A stretch of DNA of 64,000 nt from Phallusia mammillata (Eukaryota): assembly GCA_965637545.1 (NCBI GenBank), contig OZ281501.1, forward strand, positions 6,510,001-6,574,000, written 5' to 3'. This document shows positions 51,241-64,000 of the stretch, in pieces (the stretch's first letter is position 1; every line of letters begins with the position of its first letter). The position numbers and the translations under genes are program-made. The notes beneath the pieces were generated by a model that was given only the letters and a program-made list of their open reading frames with translations, made no database searches and had not been told where the DNA came from.

Positions 51241-53220
51241 ATCTTCTCATGCAGGCAAACTTATAGGCTGTCCAGTAATTATGCCAATACTCTTGGTTGA
51301 GCAGCTTACCATCTGTCTGCACTACCTGGACACGCTTGGTTGCGCGACGAGTTCTTTTTTTCCGCGTTGATTTACTGCCCTGCTGGGTTGGAAGGAGGAC
51401 ACTGTGCATCATATGAAACAAGCCATTCGCGTACCGCGCTTATAATTCTCGGGGCCTTTTTCCATTCTCAGAAGCAGAAAAATAAATACCAGTTATGCAA
51501 TATCAAAAAAAAATTGAAACAACATTCAGATAAAAATTGAGCGAAAGATCCAACAAAAATACTATCTGTTTCACATATTATTGATAATTATATACAAGTG
51601 TTTGGTATGTTTCCAAAGAGAAAATAATGGTTTAATTGGGACAAAATCTTGGTTGCTGTTCTGTGTTACACTTACCGGAAAAGCAGTTATACCCAGGCCT
51701 CTATGAAGCCTACAACCTCCTTTCTATGTTTTTTTCATGTGAAAAGAAAGTCTTGTACTTTTTTGTTTAACAATTGAAAGTGTGTACAAAAGAACGTTTG
51801 ATCCGAAACGAAAATACTTTCGGGTCATCTGCATTATCAACAGTGCTGAAAGGAACTGCATCAACAAGCGATAAAACTGTTACATATTTTGTCAACAGTC
51901 CTACTGATCCATCTTATCTCTAGTTAAAACGAACCTGTTATCGGGACCGGCTTGATTTCTCGTGTGTGCCGACAGAAACTCTGGGTGCTAGGTTGCACAC
52001 TACCACTTCAGTTCGGCTCTGGGTTGCTTGTTTTCGGGCCAAAAGCCCAAAACATTAACCAAAAAGATTCGATTCTTGCCTGGCATTCTTTCGTTACAAT
52101 AGCTTGGTGTGGCGCATCAAGAGGGACTTCAAAACTTTCTCACGCACTGTTTTCTGGCTGTGACGTACAATGGACACGTGACACGGGTGATTGCAATAAA
52201 GTCGAGATCCTCTTTCAGTCAAAAGCAACGAAAGCATTCTGTCCAACTGCCCTGCGTTCTTATCTTGCATGCGATCAAGTGCTTAACGTTTTGCTTAACT
52301 GCATTTTCATGCTTTGGTTATAAGTTTAGAGACTAATTTCAACTGACAATCGGTACGATGCCTTTGGAATAATTCATGTTATAATGCACATATTCGTTGA
52401 CTTTTCTAAACAGCAAAAAGGTGTTTAACGACATTGAAAATTGATATTCCTCAAATTAACTTTTCTTTTAAGCATCTTGTTGACCTCTGTTCATTCAAAG
52501 GCAATTTAACGCCCTCCACTTTAAATTTGAGACACACAATGTGTCATGATGGTAGTCATGTTTCTAAATTTTGCCACAACAGGCATGACCATCCTTGTAT
52601 TGATAGAATGGGTGGGGATGCTTCAAACCAGTAAGTGCTGAATAACAAATGCAATAAGGAAATGAAAGCACTCTCGGTATCAACAGCCTCGTCACAGCAC
52701 AAAAACGAGACACAATTACATCCATCTGAATTATTATAGAACATGGACATGTTGTAAAACTAATCAAAAAACAAAGATTTCAAAACCAAGAGGAAAAACT
52801 CTTGACCCCCATATTTTGCACTCTATAATACAAATAATAACCGTTGCCACTAAATACTGTTTTTTTGACACATATAAAAACAAATGGCGCCCTTGCTTTA
52901 AACTTTAAACCATTGCAGTAGACTATTAAGCGTCAATAAAAATGTTTTTTGTAGACTAATTGGGTGATATTGAAAATTTATCTATGGCAAACCAGACAAG
53001 ATCTCGCGGTTCTTGGTGTGTTTTACCACAATAAATGAAAACACTGTGAAATAGAAATCGTTTTCGGGTGTGATTCCACAAACAAGGATTTATTACAAGG
53101 ATATTAATCCTTGCAGAATATGTTTCAAATTTAGTAGACCACAAATTATTACAACAAAAAACTATCATTAAATGAAAATTATAATAATTATATTTTAAAA
53201 TCAAAAATGATCCACTAGTG

Positions 53221-53965
53221 CAGTGGTTCTCAAACTGTGCGTCGCGACGCCCTGGTGCGTCGTTTCAATTTTCCAAGGGCGTCGCAGAATATTTCTGTTT
53301 CGTGACTGAACTCAGTTTATCTCATAAAAATGAGGTTTCAGTGCGGTTAACGTATATCTACGTCCAAATACTTTTTGCGTAGAGTGCGGATTGACGTAAA
53401 TTTACCTCAAAAGTTTTTGATCAAAAACGCGGTTGTCCGGTAATGTACGTCGAGAACGGTACAAGCAGCAAGAGCGTGATAGGCGCGTGTCTGGGGCGAC
53501 GCTTGGCGGGCATTAAACTTGATTATGTGAAGTAACGAAGGCGGCTTTTCTAGCAAATGCTTGAGGTAATTATAACGTATAATTGTTAGCTAAAGTTTTA
53601 AGTGATTGTTGTGCATGAGTTGCAGCAGTAAATTTTGTGCATCAGTTATTGTGCGTAAGTTGAAACATTACTTTCATTGTAATTCGTTATTGATGCTGTT
53701 GAGGCCTTGCAGCAGACAAGACAATGTAATTGTGCGCAATAATTGAAACAATTAACAAAAGCCCGCAAGTGATTGCCGGGTGCACTAAAAGTGTTGAGTG
53801 CAGTTTTATAACTTTGTCGAAAAACAGTTCGGCTAAAATTGTTCTCTAAGTGCTGTATAACTGTTTATTGATAAGTTTCCTCATTACCTTTTATTTGCTG
53901 GTGCGTCGCAAGTCCAGAAAACTTTTCCAGAGGCGTCGCAACAAAAAAAAGTTTGAGAACCACTG
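53221..53965. mobile_element. hAT-type MITE
   Basis: TIR CAGTGGTTCTCAAACT / AGTTTGAGAACCACTG; perfect TSD cactagtg; GCGTCG repeats. Confidence 0.9.
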
Positions 53966-54819
53966 CACTAGTGTTTAAACTCTGTAGTGCCTCTAGCGGC
54001 AACAATTGTTTAAAAACGGTTGGCAGAATTATTATTTTTTAATTGGTCTTTTAATTTAGTTCTCTTTGTATACTGAAATAAAAAAAATAACATTATTATA
54101 ATAGAGCATTGTTTTTCAGTGCCATTTTTGATCATTTGATATCGAATTGCAGAAAAATAACATTGTTTAATATTTTAACACAATGCATGTCGCTGTGAAA
54201 CTCTGTCTAAACACAATTTGCGCCATTTAAAATTTTGCAATTTTTGCGATGGCAGATATTTGAAAACGATGTTAAAATACATGACAGAAGAATATTATGA
54301 TACAACGTTGTATGTACATCATTTGTGTAGTCAAGCGTATCAAGGATTCCCCCTGCATTTTGGCAAAATATTTAAAATTATTTTTGTGTTGATGCATGTC
54401 GGCTAGATCTAAGTGCTGCTTGTGACTTCTATCAATTTGGTTTAAATGAACGTTTCAATAATGATATAGGATTGGGAAAACACAAAAAAACCTTACAATA
54501 AAACACTTTCGGTACTTAAGTTGGTGAAAAAGAAATTGTGTGTTAAAATCTCACACCATTAAGTAATGTTTTAATTTTTGATTTTTTTTCAAAGCCAAGG
54601 TCACATTTGACACAAGAAAGAGAGAAAAAAGATAATATGTAATATTGCTTTTAACCACAGATAAATGTATGCCTTCACTGGCGTACGTCAGAAGCATCAA
54701 CAAAAACAGGTTGTTTTGAGATCATTTTCCACAGTTAATCCAGTTTTCCATTGTTCGTGAGGTTAAGTAAACTTTTGCGTTTAATACTTTTTAAATTTTT
54801 TGTCCAATTTAAATTTTCG

Positions 54820-54998
54820 TATCACGTGAGAAAACGTCACAAAGAAAAATACAAAATATGTGACCTTTGAACTCAACAGGGAACTGTGGGTAGAACAGAA
54901 TTGTTCGAAACGCCATCTTGAGTCCGTTATTTCTAGTCGGTGCGCCCTCAAGTAAGATAGTTTCACCCGCAAAAGGGCGGTGCAGGGCTCTATTTACG
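54820..54998 (+). promoter_or_regulatory. CTCF promoter and probable non-coding first exon
   Basis: CACGTG E-box (~54823), DR1 TGACCTTTGAACT (54861-54873), YY1-like CGCCATCTT (54911-54919), strong donor ACG|gtaagt at 54998/54999; local CpG rise. Confidence 0.55.
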
Positions 54999-55374
54999 GT
55001 AAGTTTAGCAGTTTAGGCTGTTACGTTTGTGTTTTTATAATTTTGAAATTAAATTCTGCACTGGAAAAAACTAATTCACCAGCATTGCGACAATACGAGA
55101 GCAAAGAATGCCTGAATGTATTGTAAAAATCAGGTAACCGCCACTTGTTTAAATGTTTGCAAGCCGCCACAGATTTGCACAACTGTAAGTTATATATTTT
55201 AGATACATTCCAACTTTAAAAAGCCATTAACTTCACCCTGATGCATATTATACAAAATTTTATCATTTGTTTTGGGTTTAGCATTAAATTTTCCCTTGCA
55301 ACTTGTGTGGTTGCAAGAGTCTTGAAATTGTTATAAACCTTGTTGCAGATTTGTGTCATTTTTAGAATTCAAAG

Positions 55375-61904
<6,530 letters not shown>

Positions 61905-62371
61905 CTTTGTCACCTGTTTGGCTATAGTTATATTTCTGTGCTCTGTGTACATGTTCATCACACTTTGTGTAGGAAAAATTTGTTTATCAGTTGCTGCTGG
62001 TTCGGGGTTATAGTACCAGCTGTGGTAGCTGGAAAGATTGAGATCGAGTCTTGTACAGAGAGGAGTACGCCATTAATCTTGTTAATTCTAATTATCCAAA
62101 CGGCTCGGTTGTTTTTATCCTGCTATTGTGTATTCATTTGTCAAAATAAACTCGTTCAAAACTTCAACGTTTGTGTGCGGCAGAAAATAAAATAACAATT
62201 CTACTGGTTTTGTACATAGAATTCTAAATAATATTTATGGAGTGGTGTATAGATTAATTTTAGTTGCAATAAATCGAGAGATCTAACTTTGTGGAAGAAA
62301 ATCGCGAAATGACGTAACTAATTATGACCGTTCCGCACCATTGGATATTTGGCGTCAAGCGGAACGCCGTT

Positions 62372-62385
62372 GTTGCATGGACAAC
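62372..62385. promoter_or_regulatory. RFX X-box upstream of NPHP3
   Basis: GTTGCATGGACAAC, an imperfect palindrome resembling GTTGCCATGGCAAC, ~130 nt upstream of a ciliary gene ATG. Confidence 0.65.
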
Positions 62386-62510
62386 AAAAACGAAAATTTG
62401 TTTTGCTTTTGTGAATTATCGACAAATTTAAACTAAACGGCGGGTAGCAATTCATCTCCTAATTAGAGTTCGGACGAATATTTCTAATTAAAAACATGCC
62501 ATAACAAAAA

Positions 62511-63491
62511 ATGGGATCGACTGGTTCAATAGTCGCCGGTCAAGACAATGGAGTTGAGGTTAATATTCCCAACGAAGCATCAGGGCAAGAAAATGGGCGA
62601 TTTGATGTCTCCATGAAAAGACATCACAGTCAACCAGCTAGTAATTTTCTCCAAATGATTCAAAGACAAAAGGTAGATCATTTTGTATTCCTCAAATTTT
62701 GTGAATTATTTTTAAATATGGTAACTTGTGCATTTTGGGGTGTACATTCAGATTCCTACGATGTTTTTGTACCAGGGTTTCTGAATCATTTTACTTTACC
62801 ACTTTTTTGTACACTGAGAAACACTAGTCTGCATAATATGGCAGTTCCCGGCAAGATCTCGGACATGCAGGACCACTTTTTTATTCAGCATGCATGCGCT
62901 CCTGCAAACCATTTATGCCGTGGTGCAATGCAAGTAATAAACAGGACTGGACCGTACTAAAAGCTAAATTTCTGTGTACAATTACAAAAAAACAGGGTGC
63001 AAAATATAAAAAAAAAACATGTACAGCTGCCATACTTTGCAGACTGGCAGAAACACGTAGGTTGAGGGGCTCTGGTACAGTTGATTGGGGTTATTAGCAA
63101 CTCAAATTTTTTATCTTGCGAATAAGGAAGGTTCTGCATGTCAAAAACAACTTTAAAAAGTTTTACTTGGCTTCATCACAATTCACAAGATTAAACAAGT
63201 ACATATCAATCAATCAATCAATGCTCAGGACTTGGCGTCCCCTCGCTTTGTTGGACACAATGTTCTTTCTTCGGATCGTACATATACACTATACAAGTAC
63301 ATAATACACTATATTTTCTTCAACAGCATGGTGATGTTGTGTCAAGGCCTACTGCAAACATACGTTCTTCTGGATCGTTTGACCCCTCGTCATCTATATT
63401 TGCCCTTCCAGAAGCAAATGACAAAATACGAAAGGAATATGAAACATTCAAGTTTACAAAAGACCAAGAAATCCAAGCCCTGCAAAGAAAG
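62511..63491 (+). CDS. NPHP3: Nephrocystin-3, first two coding exons (62511-62672, 63327-63491); gene continues beyond the window
   Basis: N-myristoylation start MGSTGSIV (cf. vertebrate MGTASSLV) and coiled-coil EANDKIRKEYETFKFTKDQEIQALQRK (cf. NPHP3 [24 protein letters not shown]); canonical splice sites; upstream X-box. Confidence 0.78.
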
Positions 63492-63735
63492 GTTAGTTGT
63501 TTACAATTGCACTACATTTCAATTAGGTCTCAAATGGTTTCATCAAATTGATAATAGAGGGTAAAAAGTAGTGATGTACCAAACCATCTTCAAAAGATAT
63601 AGGCCAAAATTTGTTAAATGACCGAAAAAAAAATTTTTGGGGCTAAATTTGCCCAAACCAAATGAATTGTATGAAGAACCATTTGTTGTCAATGCAAATT
63701 ATTATGTATATTGATACTGTATGTAAGCTGAACAT

Positions 63736-64000
63736 TAGGGATGCGCCGAGCAGAGCCAGAACCCGAGTACTCGGTACTGAGCATCGCTATTTTTGATGCT
63801 CGGTGCTCGGCCGAGCAGTTGCACAAACTGACCCGAGCATTAAATTTGCATATTCATGCCTTGCTAACATAGGTAGCTAGTGTTCGAAAGGGTGTCTATG
63901 AACAAAAACAAATGATTTTTCAAATGTATTAAATTGTGGAAAAACGTGTACTTCTGAGGCCTGTACAGCTTAATACACCGCTGGTGACGTAAGAGGCCTT
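63736..64000 (+). mobile_element. MITE family B, left part (runs off window)
   Basis: Left TIR TAGGGATGCGCC, CCGAGC/GCTCGG repeats, similarity to the 59850 copy. Confidence 0.7.

Noticed and set aside
51676-51709. Small exon-like segment with strong donor CCG|gtaagt upstream of ADAMTS
   Set aside because: The upstream ATG frame hits a stop; it might be a non-coding exon but there is no support.

Overview
Eukaryotic (animal) genomic DNA, AT-rich, with spliced genes; most likely an invertebrate chordate such as an ascidian (inference from single pro-orthologues of vertebrate gene trios, compact introns and frequent TGACGTCA). I reconstructed four genes by reading splice sites and frames by hand. 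(1) A complete minus-strand Enigma-family PDZ + 3xLIM gene (PDLIM5/7/LDB3-like; 9 coding exons, 8426->1577, ~370 aa). (2) A complete 40-kb minus-strand procollagen N-proteinase ADAMTS2/3/14-like gene (27 coding exons, 51240->10850, ~1367 aa). It has one GC-AG intron and an unusual C-terminal extension after PLAC: acidic linker, furin site RRKR, and an internally duplicated TSP1 module. (3) A complete plus-strand CTCF (15 coding exons, 55375->61904, ~666 aa) that keeps the cohesin-binding YxF motif but has only zinc fingers 1-8. (4) The first two exons of NPHP3 (from 62511), with an RFX X-box upstream. Introns hold many non-autonomous DNA transposons (hAT-type MITEs with 8-bp TSDs, a TA-flanked Tc1/pogo-type MITE) and a minisatellite. 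Notable non-coding signals are an immediate-early-type promoter (CArG + CREs + CCAAT + GC box) with a small ORF inside an ADAMTS intron, a 5-half-site nuclear receptor array, and a CpG-rich versus CpG-poor split between ADAMTS and CTCF. Most ORF-track entries are intronic or antisense noise.
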